From NCBI GenBank assembly GCA_016180645.1, contig JACPAV010000004.1, positions 31,544 through 95,543 of the forward strand: a DNA stretch of 64,000 nucleotides. The letters are read 5' to 3'. Each line of letters opens with the position of its first letter. Positions within the stretch are counted from its first letter, which is position 1. Below the pieces are notes generated by a model. It was not told the origin of the DNA. It saw nothing but the letters and a program-made list of their open reading frames with translations, and ran no database searches. The translations under genes were made by a program, and so were the position numbers. This DNA is from Nitrospirota bacterium (GTDB lineage Bacteria; JACPQY01). Below, one piece after another: positions 56,216-64,000 of the stretch.

Positions 56216-56348
56216 GCCCTTGGGCATGAGGCGTCGGGTGGTTCCCAGCATCTTGCAACCATGCCACTAGTACCGCGTCGGCCGACTAAAGCCGCAGTTT
56301 CCAGCCTCCGCGCGGTACGGCAGCCCCGCTCTCAATCGGAAATTCTGT

Positions 56349-57731
56349 ATGGAGGCGGGGCGTGAGTACCATGTTGCCGGCTGGCTCTGGCCATCCAAAC
56401 TGCGGCAAGACTTCAGCAACATGGTGCTAGGCCTCGATCGATATCTGGACGCCGTGGAGCGGGTGGACCCCGTTCGCGTGAACGGCACGGTCATCGAAGT
56501 CACCGGATTGGCCATCATCGGCCACGGTCCCGGCTCCAGCATCGGAAGCCTCTGCGAAATCATCACCGAGGGCGGAAAAGTTCTCGGCGCGGAGGTCGTC
56601 GGATTTCGTGAGGGGAAAGTCATCCTCATGCCCCTCGGAGACACGCAGGGCATCGGTCCCGGCGCCAAGATCGTGCATAAGGGCCGCGTGGCCACCGTGC
56701 GCGTGGGCCGGAGCATGTTGGGCCGGGTGTTCGACGGTGTGGGAAACCCGTATGACGACAAGGGATCGCTGGACGCCGAGACGGAGTGGCCGATCTACAC
56801 CACGCCGATCAACCCGCTCAAGCGGGCGCGAATTCGCGAGCCGCTCGACGTGGGGGTTCGCGCGATCAACGGGATGCTGACTGTGGGAAAAGGCCAGCGC
56901 ATGGGAATTTTTGCGGGGTCCGGAGTCGGCAAGAGCACCCTCCTCGGGATGATGGCAAGGCGGACGAAGGCCGACGTGTCGGTGGTGGCGCTCATCGGCG
57001 AACGAGGACGTGAAGTGCGGGAGTTCATCGAGAAGAGTTTGGGTGACGAGGGACGCAAGCGCTCCGTGGTGGTCGTGGCGACCTCGGATCAACCGCCCCT
57101 GATCCGCCTCCGCGGCGCATTCGCGGCCATGAGCATCGCGGAATATTTCCGATCGCTCGGGGCGGACGTCCTGTTCATGATGGATTCCATTACCCGGTTC
57201 GCCATGGCCCAGAGGGAGGTGGGCCTCGTTGTGGGCGAGCCCCCGACGTCGCGGGGATACACGCCCTCGGTCTTCTCGATGTTTCCAAAAATTCTGGAGC
57301 GCGCGGGGACCTGGGACAAACCGGGGAGCATCACGGGCTTCTTCACCATCCTCGTGGAGCAGGACGACATCAACGATCCCATCGGCGATGCCGTACGTGC
57401 CATTCTCGACGGGCATATCATGCTCTCACGCTCCCTGGCAGCCCGGAACCACTACCCCTCGATCGACATCCTCCAAAGCATCAGCAGGACCATGATCGAC
57501 TGCGTGCCTAAGGAGCAGATGGTGCTCACCAAGAAGGCGCTCACCGTGCTCTCGGACTACCGCGAGGCGGAAGACCTCATCAACATCGGGGCCTACGTCA
57601 AGGGGTCCAGCCCCAAGATCGACTACGCCCTCAATTATGTGGACCGGGTGAACCAGTACCTCCAACAGGATGTGGAGGCCGGCATCACCCTGCCCGAGAG
57701 CGTCAGCCACCTCCAACGGGTCTTTTCATGA
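56349..57731 (+). CDS. fliI: Flagellum-specific ATP synthase FliI
   Basis: Walker A GIFAGSGVGKSTLLGMMAR, Walker B VLFMMDSITRFA, and an F1/T3SS-ATPase-type N-domain are present. Start may be 56349 or 56421. Confidence 0.9.
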   Translation: MEAGREYHVAGWLWPSKLRQDFSNMVLGLDRYLDAVERVDPVRVNGTVIEVTGLAIIGHGPGSSIGSLCEIITEGGKVLGAEVVGFREGKVILMPLGDTQGIGPGAKIVHKGRVATVRVGRSMLGRVFDGVGNPYDDKGSLDAETEWPIYTTPINPLKRARIREPLDVGVRAINGMLTVGKGQRMGIFAGSGVGKSTLLGMMARRTKADVSVVALIGERGREVREFIEKSLGDEGRKRSVVVVATSDQPPLIRLRGAFAAMSIAEYFRSLGADVLFMMDSITRFAMAQREVGLVVGEPPTSRGYTPSVFSMFPKILERAGTWDKPGSITGFFTILVEQDDINDPIGDAVRAILDGHIMLSRSLAARNHYPSIDILQSISRTMIDCVPKEQMVLTKKALTVLSDYREAEDLINIGAYVKGSSPKIDYALNYVDRVNQYLQQDVEAGITLPESVSHLQRVFS

Positions 57732-57769
57732 TGACGCCTCCCGCCTCCCGCCTCTCGCCTCACTAAGCC

Positions 57770-58222
57770 ATGCCGTTCCGTTTTCGCCTCCAGAAGGTCC
57801 TTGAAGTCCGCGAGCGGATTGAAGAGAATAGGCGTAAGGAACTCCGAACGGCCATGGAACTCTATCAAGCGGAATTGCAGCGGTTGACCGCCCTGCGACG
57901 GAAGCACGAAGAGGTCCAGGCGGACTTCGACGAGCGGATGCGTACAGGCTTTGTGCCCTACGAGGGTGTGATCTATCAGAACTACTTCCGGCGATCGCGA
58001 CAGGAAATCGCCGACCAAAACGGACGCATTGCGAAGTCCAAGCTGAACGTGGATGAGAAACGGAAGGCCTACATACAGTCAAGGAAGGAAAAGCAGGTCA
58101 TCGAGCGGTTCAAGGAGCGTCGGTTCGAGGAGTATCGGGTCGAAGAGGAGCGTTCGCAGAATAAGTTGCTCAATGAGCTTGGCGTGATCGCCTTCAACCG
58201 GCCGGAGGAAAGTGCCCAGTGA
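57770..58222 (+). CDS. fliJ: Flagellar export protein FliJ
   Basis: 150-aa coiled-coil protein MPFRFRLQKVLEVRERIEENRRKELRTAMELYQAE... sitting directly after fliI. Confidence 0.65.
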   Translation: MPFRFRLQKVLEVRERIEENRRKELRTAMELYQAELQRLTALRRKHEEVQADFDERMRTGFVPYEGVIYQNYFRRSRQEIADQNGRIAKSKLNVDEKRKAYIQSRKEKQVIERFKERRFEEYRVEEERSQNKLLNELGVIAFNRPEESAQ

Positions 58223-58872
58223 GCATTTGGGAGCGCCTCCTCGTCGCGGTCATCGCGGTAAAGATCGTGGTTTCCGGCGTCGTCCTTTACAAACGGAACG
58301 GCGTCTTCGGGATCGCCCACAAGGAGGCCAGCGCGCAGGCGCCCACGCCGGAGGACTCGTCGCGGTTGACGGGCACCATCCCCCCGAAACCCGGGAAGGA
58401 AATCAGTCTCGAAGAACTGCTGCGCATTCTCAAGGAGCGCGATGAATTGGTCATCAAACGGGCCCTCCCCCCCGAAGAGGAGATTCGGGGAGCCGAGGTG
58501 CTGAAGGCGCTCGAAGATCGACAGAAATCACTTACGAAGAAGGACGAGGAGCTCCGCCACCGCGAGCAACGCCTCGCGCAGCTCAAATTGGAGATCGAGA
58601 ATCGCGTCAAGGAGCTTTCCGGGCTGAAGAGCGAACTTCAGGGCCTCATCCAGAAGCGCGAAGTGGTGGTTGAAGAAAATCTCCGCCGGCTGGCCAAGAT
58701 ATACGATCAGACGCCCCCGGAAGAGGCCGCGAAGATCATGGATGCCCTGCCGGTGGAGGTCGCCTCCGATATTTTTCTCCGCATGAAAGAGCGCAGCGCG
58801 GGCCGCATCAAGGCCGCGATGGATGCGGAGAAAGCCCGCCTCGTCGACCTCGAAATCGCGAAGAAGAGATAG
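58219..58872 (+). CDS. MgtE_N/MotE-like flagellar protein
   Basis: GTG start overlapping the fliJ stop (GTGA). N-terminal TM, coiled coil, and C-terminal EEAAKIMDALPVEVASDIFLRMKERSAGRIKAAMDAEKA matching the MgtE-N/MotE helix motif. Confidence 0.45.
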   Translation: MSIWERLLVAVIAVKIVVSGVVLYKRNGVFGIAHKEASAQAPTPEDSSRLTGTIPPKPGKEISLEELLRILKERDELVIKRALPPEEEIRGAEVLKALEDRQKSLTKKDEELRHREQRLAQLKLEIENRVKELSGLKSELQGLIQKREVVVEENLRRLAKIYDQTPPEEAAKIMDALPVEVASDIFLRMKERSAGRIKAAMDAEKARLVDLEIAKKR

Positions 58873-58910
58873 CCTCTTCGGCCGCGCCACACCGGCCTCT
58901 CCCTGATCAT

Positions 58911-59702
58911 CTACGCCGGCCTGACGGCCTCCACTTCCAACCGGACCATGGGGACGTGAGTGTTCCCCTGGGCGTCCAACGGATATCGCGCCACGTATGC
59001 GCGCAGTTCTTCATCGAGAAACATCTCCCGGAGCGATTCGGGCAGTCGCGCGAAATAGGGAATGCCGTGGGTCGTCCGGAGCCAGGCCTTGAGACCCTCC
59101 ACGCCTCGGTGGGCCATGTCTTTCGGCATAAGCTCGATCCGGCCCGCCTCGAATCCCGCGTCCTTGACCCAACTCCGATACTCCCGGGCTGAACAAAATC
59201 GCCAGGGCTCTACGAATCCTTGGAAGTGGGGGGCCCACTTCGGCCTCCGGATGATTTCACCGGTGATTTGACGGATCGGAAGGGCGTTCCCCTCGCCGCC
59301 GAATTGGAGAAGAAGTCGTCCACCCGGACGCAAGGCCCGATGGAATCCTTTCAGCGCCTTGGGGTGATCGTGCACCCAGTGAAGGCAGGAGAACGATACG
59401 ATGAGATCGAATCGCGCGTTGAACGTGAGGAGACTGGCCTCGCCTTGCTCGAATCCCAGGTTGGGGAACCGACTCCGCGGGTAGTTCTGGCCTGCATACT
59501 TCACCATTTCGGCGGATTGGTCCACGCCGAGAACGATTCCACGGGGGACAAGCCCTGCGAGCCCGGCCGTGATCTTCCCATCGCCACAGCCCACGTCGAG
59601 GATGCATTCATCTCCGCGGAATTGGATACGGCCGAGGGTCTCCTTCGCCCACCTTTCCTGTTCGGACGAGCTCCGCGCGTAGTCCTCAGCGCTCCATTTC
59701 AT
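58911..59702 (-). CDS. tam: Trans-aconitate 2-methyltransferase-like SAM-dependent methyltransferase
   Basis: MKWSAEDYARSSSEQERWAKETL... ILDVGCGDGKITAGLA (motif I), and RALRPGGRLLLQFGG are present. Confidence 0.65.
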   Translation of the reverse strand: MKWSAEDYARSSSEQERWAKETLGRIQFRGDECILDVGCGDGKITAGLAGLVPRGIVLGVDQSAEMVKYAGQNYPRSRFPNLGFEQGEASLLTFNARFDLIVSFSCLHWVHDHPKALKGFHRALRPGGRLLLQFGGEGNALPIRQITGEIIRRPKWAPHFQGFVEPWRFCSAREYRSWVKDAGFEAGRIELMPKDMAHRGVEGLKAWLRTTHGIPYFARLPESLREMFLDEELRAYVARYPLDAQGNTHVPMVRLEVEAVRPA

Positions 59703-59726
59703 GGCGGCGGGAAGGTCCTACGAATT

Positions 59727-60233
59727 CTATGGATGAGCCGTGACCCGGACGGAGATTTCAACGGGGACGGAGGCAGGAAAAAGGCACCGGTGGTTGTCGC
59801 AAGCCTGGTAGGCCATTTCACCCTTGAGCATGTGTTCGCCTTCCGGTGCCATGAGGTCGGCATCGATGGGAAGGAGCACTTCGAAGGTTCCCTCGTAGGT
59901 TGAGATCGGATCGGTCTCTCCTTCAATTCGGTGAGGCTTTCCCGGCGGGTAGAGAGGCGTGCCCACGTGGAGGATCGAAGTGTCGTCAACTCTCAACTCG
60001 ACCGGAACGAGATAGTCCTTGCTCGGGGGATTGGCCTGCACGTGGTAGCCCTCGGCCACGGCGGCCTTAATCTTAACATGGGCGATCCTTCCACGCGCCA
60101 CGGCCACCGGTTCGAGGGGTGCCACGACCAGCACAGGCTTCCTCGGCCCGACTGGGGCACCGGGCTCCCCACGCTTCTCACAGGCGCACACGGCTAGAAC
60201 AACGGCTATCCATGGGATGGCGCGTATGAACAT
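59727..60233 (-). CDS. Lipoprotein with DsbD-alpha/thiol-disulfide-interchange N-domain-like fold
   Basis: Start MFIRAIPWIAVVLAVCACEKRGE. The segments RIAHVKIKAAVAEGYHVQANPPSKDYLVPVELRV and MAYQACDNHRCLFPASVPVEISV resemble the DsbD N-terminal/DsbC-like family. Weak call. Confidence 0.4.
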   Translation of the reverse strand: MFIRAIPWIAVVLAVCACEKRGEPGAPVGPRKPVLVVAPLEPVAVARGRIAHVKIKAAVAEGYHVQANPPSKDYLVPVELRVDDTSILHVGTPLYPPGKPHRIEGETDPISTYEGTFEVLLPIDADLMAPEGEHMLKGEMAYQACDNHRCLFPASVPVEISVRVTAHP

Positions 60234-60298
60234 CAGCCTGAATCGTCCCCCAGCAGCCGTAGGACTAGCAGTGGAGGCTACCTTATTGTGCCAATACT

Positions 60299-60640
60299 TA
60301 GCTCGACTTTTGCCATTTTTTGAAAGGCTTATGTTGGTCATTATGCGTGGGGGAGCGTCTTCAGACCCTCCCGAAAAGAGGGAGCATCTGAAGATGCTCC
60401 CCTACGAATCGGCATTCTGTCAGAGGCTCTAAGCTCGACTTTTGCCATTTTTTGAAAGGTTTATGTTGGTCATCATGCGTAGGGGAGGGTCTTTAGACCC
60501 TCCCGACAAGAGGGAGCATCTGAAGATGCTCCCCTACGAATCGCTTGAGCGGTGTCTGAAGATACCTTCCCATCCGAGCGAGATTCTGAGTGATGTTCAC
60601 ACAGCATGGAAAAATGGCAAAAGTCGATCTCAGAGCCTAT
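60299..60640. repeat. Family A structured repeat array: two tandem ~131/115-bp units plus an inverted partial copy
   Basis: Units start TAAGCTCGACTTTTGCCATTTTTTGAAAGG at 60299 and 60430. Each contains hairpin A (GGGAGGGTCTttagAGACCCTCCC) and hairpin B (GGGAGCATCTgaagATGCTCCC) followed by CCTACGAATCGGCATTCTGTCAG. An inverted partial copy GAAAAATGGCAAAAGTCGA sits at 60609-60640. Confidence 0.85.
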
Positions 60641-60874
60641 CCCAAAACGTATCGCGGACCCTGACACGTCTTCCAGTGCGGCCGCGGCCCCGAACGGGTT
60701 CGGAGCCGGGCGGCAGCGATGGCCCGCTACGGAGAGATCGTTTTTCGACTGTAGCGGAGCCTTTAGGCTCCGCAAAACCCGCTCCGTTTCCGCCGGGTTT
60801 TGGGATAGGCTCTTAGTTCCAATCTGTCCCAACACCCAGCCTGATTTCTCCCTCAAAGTTGTCGCATGACAACT

Positions 60875-61651
60875 TCAGGCCAGTTTTACCCTTAGGATTT
60901 CAACCGCCTTCTCAAGCTCGGATGTGTCTGTAAGGAAGATTTCAACTACTATCCCTTGTCTCCTCTGGCGGAGCGTAAGCCGGGTCTTCCCAGATATCCA
61001 TGTCGTCCCTTCACGAATCGTTGAGCTGGGATTTTCGCCTCCATCTCTGACACGCTTTGCCCTCACCTCTGCTTCAGACACGGGAAGCTCGCCATCCAGA
61101 ACCTCTCCAAGCAGCTTCCTTTGGGCATCGGGGTCGTTCCGCAAAGATCCGATCGCCCGGGCGTGGCCGAATTGGATTCTCCTTTCCCGAAGAGCTTCGA
61201 GCACCTCCGGAATAAGTTGAAAGGTCGCGAGAAGGTGCGATACGTAGGCCTTATCCTTCCCAAGTTTCTTTGCTACCTCGTACTGCTTAAGCCCGTGGTC
61301 GGCGACGAGGGCCTTTGCTACGAGAGCCTCCTCATATGGTGTCATTTGCTCCCTAACCACGTTGTCGACAAGGCCAAACTCAATGGCCTCTTTCTCACCC
61401 ATCTCCACCACTAGGCAGGGGACTGGGTGATCTTTCCCGAAGTCCAGCCCCAAGAGGGCTTGGTAGCGGCCGTCCCCGCTGATGATGTCGTAGGTCTCGG
61501 AATCGGTCTTCCGAACCACTAGTGGAATGAGCGGGCCGCTCGTTGCCTGAACCGACTTCTTGAGCTGCTCGAGCTTCGTTGGGCTATGTGCCTTTCTGAC
61601 GCGGTGATTGGAGAGTCTCAAGTTCCCTAAAGGGATATTTTGGAACTGCAC
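60875..61651 (-). CDS. ParB/Spo0J-like nuclease-domain DNA-binding protein (orphan, no parA)
   Basis: ParB N-domain box (LVVRKTDSETYDIISGDGRYQA = GxRR/Y-type arginine-patch region) and HTH (LKQYEVAKKLGKDKAYVSHLL) are present. Confidence 0.65.
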   Translation of the reverse strand: MQFQNIPLGNLRLSNHRVRKAHSPTKLEQLKKSVQATSGPLIPLVVRKTDSETYDIISGDGRYQALLGLDFGKDHPVPCLVVEMGEKEAIEFGLVDNVVREQMTPYEEALVAKALVADHGLKQYEVAKKLGKDKAYVSHLLATFQLIPEVLEALRERRIQFGHARAIGSLRNDPDAQRKLLGEVLDGELPVSEAEVRAKRVRDGGENPSSTIREGTTWISGKTRLTLRQRRQGIVVEIFLTDTSELEKAVEILRVKLA

Positions 61652-61800
61652 CCCGCACCTAATCCTTTGAAATCGGGCTTCCCCAATGCAGCCTGAAAAG
61701 GGTCAAATGGGAGGCCGTGTGGCGCTTCTCGATCAGACAGAACAAGTGCGGGGGCACGGAGCGGGATATTATCCAAAATAAGGCCGAAGTCAACCCCGCG

Positions 61801-62430
61801 TCATCTTGTCGATGGGCGGAACGCCAGAGGGTTCGAACCTTGCAGGAAGTGGTCAACAATCAGGTCGACCGATGCCTTTACACTCAGCTTCGATACCAAG
61901 GGATTGATTCCCAGGCTCCTTTGCTCCAACATATAGTATAAGAGCCCGCCGAAAATTTGAGCTTGGAGCTCGACCGCCAGGTCGCCGCGGACGAGTCCCT
62001 GTTGTCTCGCTCTTGCCAGAAATCGCACCAAGGGCTCCGACCTGTTTTTCACGTGGTAGGCTCGGTAGTCCCTCAGGAGATCCGGCTCTTCGAGCAGGGT
62101 GAATCGGAGCAGTCGGAAAAAATCCGGATTCTTTTCATAAGCATCGAACGCCGATCTCGCCGCAGTTTGCAGGAACGAGACGAGCGAGTATTCCTTCGGC
62201 TTGTCAAACGGCGCAATGGTTTCCGCGAGGCGGTTCTTTTCGATCAGCGCCTTGAGCAGATCCTTCTTCGATCCGAAGTAGCGAAAGATCAGCGCCTCAT
62301 TCACGCCCGCTTCCATGGCAATCGCCTTGGTCTTTGCCCCGTGGTAGCCCGACCGCGCCATCAGCTTCAGCGCGGCCAAGAGGATCTTCTCCTTAGTCTC
62401 CTCGCTCCTCCGGAGAACGGGACGTTTCAT
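61801..62430 (-). CDS. TetR/AcrR-family transcriptional regulator
   Basis: N-terminal HTH KEKILLAALKLMARSGYHGAKTKAIAMEAGVNEALIFRYFGSKKDLLKAL is present. Confidence 0.85.
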   Translation of the reverse strand: MKRPVLRRSEETKEKILLAALKLMARSGYHGAKTKAIAMEAGVNEALIFRYFGSKKDLLKALIEKNRLAETIAPFDKPKEYSLVSFLQTAARSAFDAYEKNPDFFRLLRFTLLEEPDLLRDYRAYHVKNRSEPLVRFLARARQQGLVRGDLAVELQAQIFGGLLYYMLEQRSLGINPLVSKLSVKASVDLIVDHFLQGSNPLAFRPSTR

Positions 62431-62512
62431 CCCACCACCTCCCGCCGGCCCTTCGGGCCGCTATCTTCAGCCGCCTTCGGCGGCGCGGGAGGTGGTGGGG
62501 TCACCCCACAAT

Positions 62513-62528
62513 GTAAGCATATGCTTAC
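62513..62528. promoter_or_regulatory. Perfect 16-bp palindrome GTAAGCATATGCTTAC (putative TetR operator 1)
   Basis: Seen directly in the tetR / downstream-gene intergenic region. Confidence 0.55.
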
Positions 62529-62595
62529 CCGCGCGTCAAACCCGTGCATGGAATTTCATGACGCACTACCCCCTTGACTCCCCTTGGGTCATGAC

Positions 62596-62611
62596 GTAAG
62601 CGTATGCTTAC
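62596..62611. promoter_or_regulatory. 16-bp palindrome GTAAGCGTATGCTTAC (putative TetR operator 2)
   Basis: Second copy 83 bp downstream of the first, differing only at a central base. Confidence 0.55.
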
Positions 62612-62794
62612 TTCATGAGGAGACAAGAAGGATCATGCGGACACTCCATTCGAAGGAGACACGGAGGCCGCGCCCGTCACGGGTGATCTTCTCGCGTCGG
62701 CGCCACGATACTGAAGCGGCTTTCCAGCCCCCTCGACGCCGCTTCCAACCGGGCGTAGGATGGGCCGGTGGCCCGATCCTCGAAAGGGAAGTGC

Positions 62795-64000
62795 ATGGTC
62801 CCGGTGACGTGGGTCCTGGGTGCCGCTTCCCTCGTCGCCGGATGCGGAGAGGGTAGGCAATCCACCAGCACCCCCTCCCAAGCCGGACCTGAATCAGCGG
62901 AGAACGTGGCCGGGATGACCGCTCCGGTAATCACCTTTATCGAGCTCCGTGCGCGAGGCGACCGCGCTATTCTAGTAGGTGGCACTGAAACATTTATTGC
63001 GTATCCCAAGGATGCCAGCGGAACGGGGGTCGGTCCCGTCAATCTCAAGTGGAACGTCTCTGATCCTGGAATCGCCGAGGTCACCAAAGCGCCAGAGGGT
63101 GGGCCGGCGGCCGGCGTGACGGCGAGATCCCCTGGACAGGCAACGCTTCAGGCGTGTTGCGTACCCGGGCCGGGACCCGAGGACGACCCGCAGGCGCCCC
63201 GGTGCGTCCTTGAGGTGTGCGGTGTGACCACAGTGCTCAGCGTCGCACGAGATGCCGTCACCGCTCTATCCTCGGGGGTGCCCGGAGCGCTCGCTTCAGT
63301 CAGCTTTCCCTCCGACGACCGGACGGGCTTCGCCGGCGGCGACGGGTCGACTCTACTCAAGACATCGGACGGAGGGAGTTCTTGGACGCGGGTGGGTCCG
63401 TCGGCCGGAGCCGGTTTCGTTTCGATCGCCTTCCCATCGGGAACTTCACTGGGATTTGCCTTGGCAGGCAGTGCCGTGTGGAAGACTCCCGACGGCGGCT
63501 CTTCCTGGTCGAAGCAGGAGCACGGCTCGAAATCGGTGATGACGGCCCTCCATTTCCCTTCGGAATCCGTGGGCTATGCGGTGGGGGGAAGCGGAATGGT
63601 GGCAAAGACCACGGATGGCGGGGCGACGTGGAAATTGGTGCCCACAGGAGCATCCGTATCGCTACGGGGGTTGTACTTCATCAATGCAGAAACGGGCTAT
63701 GCCGTGGGCGACAGCGGGATGATCTTAAAGACGACCGACGGAGGCGGGGCATGGACGACACAGGCCCCTGGAGTGCCAGGATACCTCTCGGATATCGTGT
63801 GCGCGGATGCCGCCTTATCTATTGCGGTAGGCAATCTGACGATCCTACGGACGACCGACGGCGGGTCGAATTGGTCGCCACACCTGGCATACCCGGAGCT
63901 CACGGCGGTTCACCTTCTCAGCGATGGCCGGACCGGTTACGCGGTGGGCGGAAACGGGCGAATCCTCAAGACCGTCGACGGCGGAGAAACGTGGGTCCTG
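62795..64000 (+). CDS. Lipoprotein with Ig-like domain followed by BNR/Ycf48-like beta-propeller repeats; 3' end beyond window
   Basis: Hand translation from ATG 62795 stays open to 64000 (not in ORF track because there is no stop). It gives MVPVTWVLGAASLVAGCGEG (lipobox), then KTSDGGSSWTRV, KTPDGGSSWSKQ, KTTDGGATWKLV, KTTDGGGAWTTQ, RTTDGGSNWSPH, KTVDGGETWVL, which are Asp-box/BNR-type repeats as in Ycf48-like proteins. Confidence 0.6.
   Translation, partial: MVPVTWVLGAASLVAGCGEGRQSTSTPSQAGPESAENVAGMTAPVITFIELRARGDRAILVGGTETFIAYPKDASGTGVGPVNLKWNVSDPGIAEVTKAPEGGPAAGVTARSPGQATLQACCVPGPGPEDDPQAPRCVLEVCGVTTVLSVARDAVTALSSGVPGALASVSFPSDDRTGFAGGDGSTLLKTSDGGSSWTRVGPSAGAGFVSIAFPSGTSLGFALAGSAVWKTPDGGSSWSKQEHGSKSVMTALHFPSESVGYAVGGSGMVAKTTDGGATWKLVPTGASVSLRGLYFINAETGYAVGDSGMILKTTDGGGAWTTQAPGVPGYLSDIVCADAALSIAVGNLTILRTTDGGSNWSPHLAYPELTAVHLLSDGRTGYAVGGNGRILKTVDGGETWVL

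Noticed and set aside
60299-60640. Possible CRISPR array
   Set aside because: The units are ~115-130 bp with internal hairpins and no short unique spacers of regular length; no cas genes are present.
60217-60816. ORFs MARMNISLNRPPAAVG... and MPFFERFMLVIMRRGG... across the repeat array
   Set aside because: They are translations of the tandem family A repeat units (near-identical peptide segments), not genes.
1-64000. tRNA, rRNA and tmRNA genes
   Set aside because: I saw no cloverleaf-compatible segment or rRNA-like conserved blocks; not an exhaustive computational scan.

Overview
High-GC (low-to-mid 60s % by eye) bacterial chromosomal segment, apparently from a flagellated diderm; taxon not determinable from sequence alone, and a Myxococcota- or Acidobacteria-like uncultured lineage would fit. 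I support about 58 protein-coding genes and found no rRNA, tRNA or CRISPR. Backbone genes are ispA–xseB–xseA, an MBL hydrolase, PBP1A, MeaB plus a B12-binding subunit, a partial NADH dehydrogenase cluster (nuoC-E-F-H only), a REC-GAF-GGDEF-PilZ cyclase, a flagellar export block (fliG-fliH-fliI-fliJ and a MotE-like gene), a TetR regulator with two perfect palindromic operators, and many envelope genes (two FadL-like OMPs, Omp85-like and small beta-barrels, an orphan ExbD, lipoproteins). Accessory content includes a ~3.5 kb lower-GC islet (6486-10142) bounded by ~165-bp direct repeats that duplicate the 3' end of a LarA-like gene, which carries a 705-aa lipoprotein with a possible MACPF-like region and a transposase HTH remnant. 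It also includes a tandem pair of paralogous ~1170-aa outer-membrane proteins (HExxH domain + PD40 beta-propeller + C-terminal beta-barrel) followed by an FG-GAP lipoprotein, and a cNMP-binding/patatin phospholipase translationally coupled to a DUF4258/DUF2283 toxin-antitoxin-like pair and preceded by a ~145-nt nested palindrome that masks its start codon. Further accessory items are a GT-C-like membrane protein / GT2 / methyltransferase cassette flanked by 35-bp direct repeats, and two dispersed structured repeat families, one of which sits in-frame inside a lipase-like lipoprotein gene. Best candidates for something undescribed are the giant-OMP operon and the cNMP-patatin/TA module. All functional calls come from motif reading by eye and need database confirmation.
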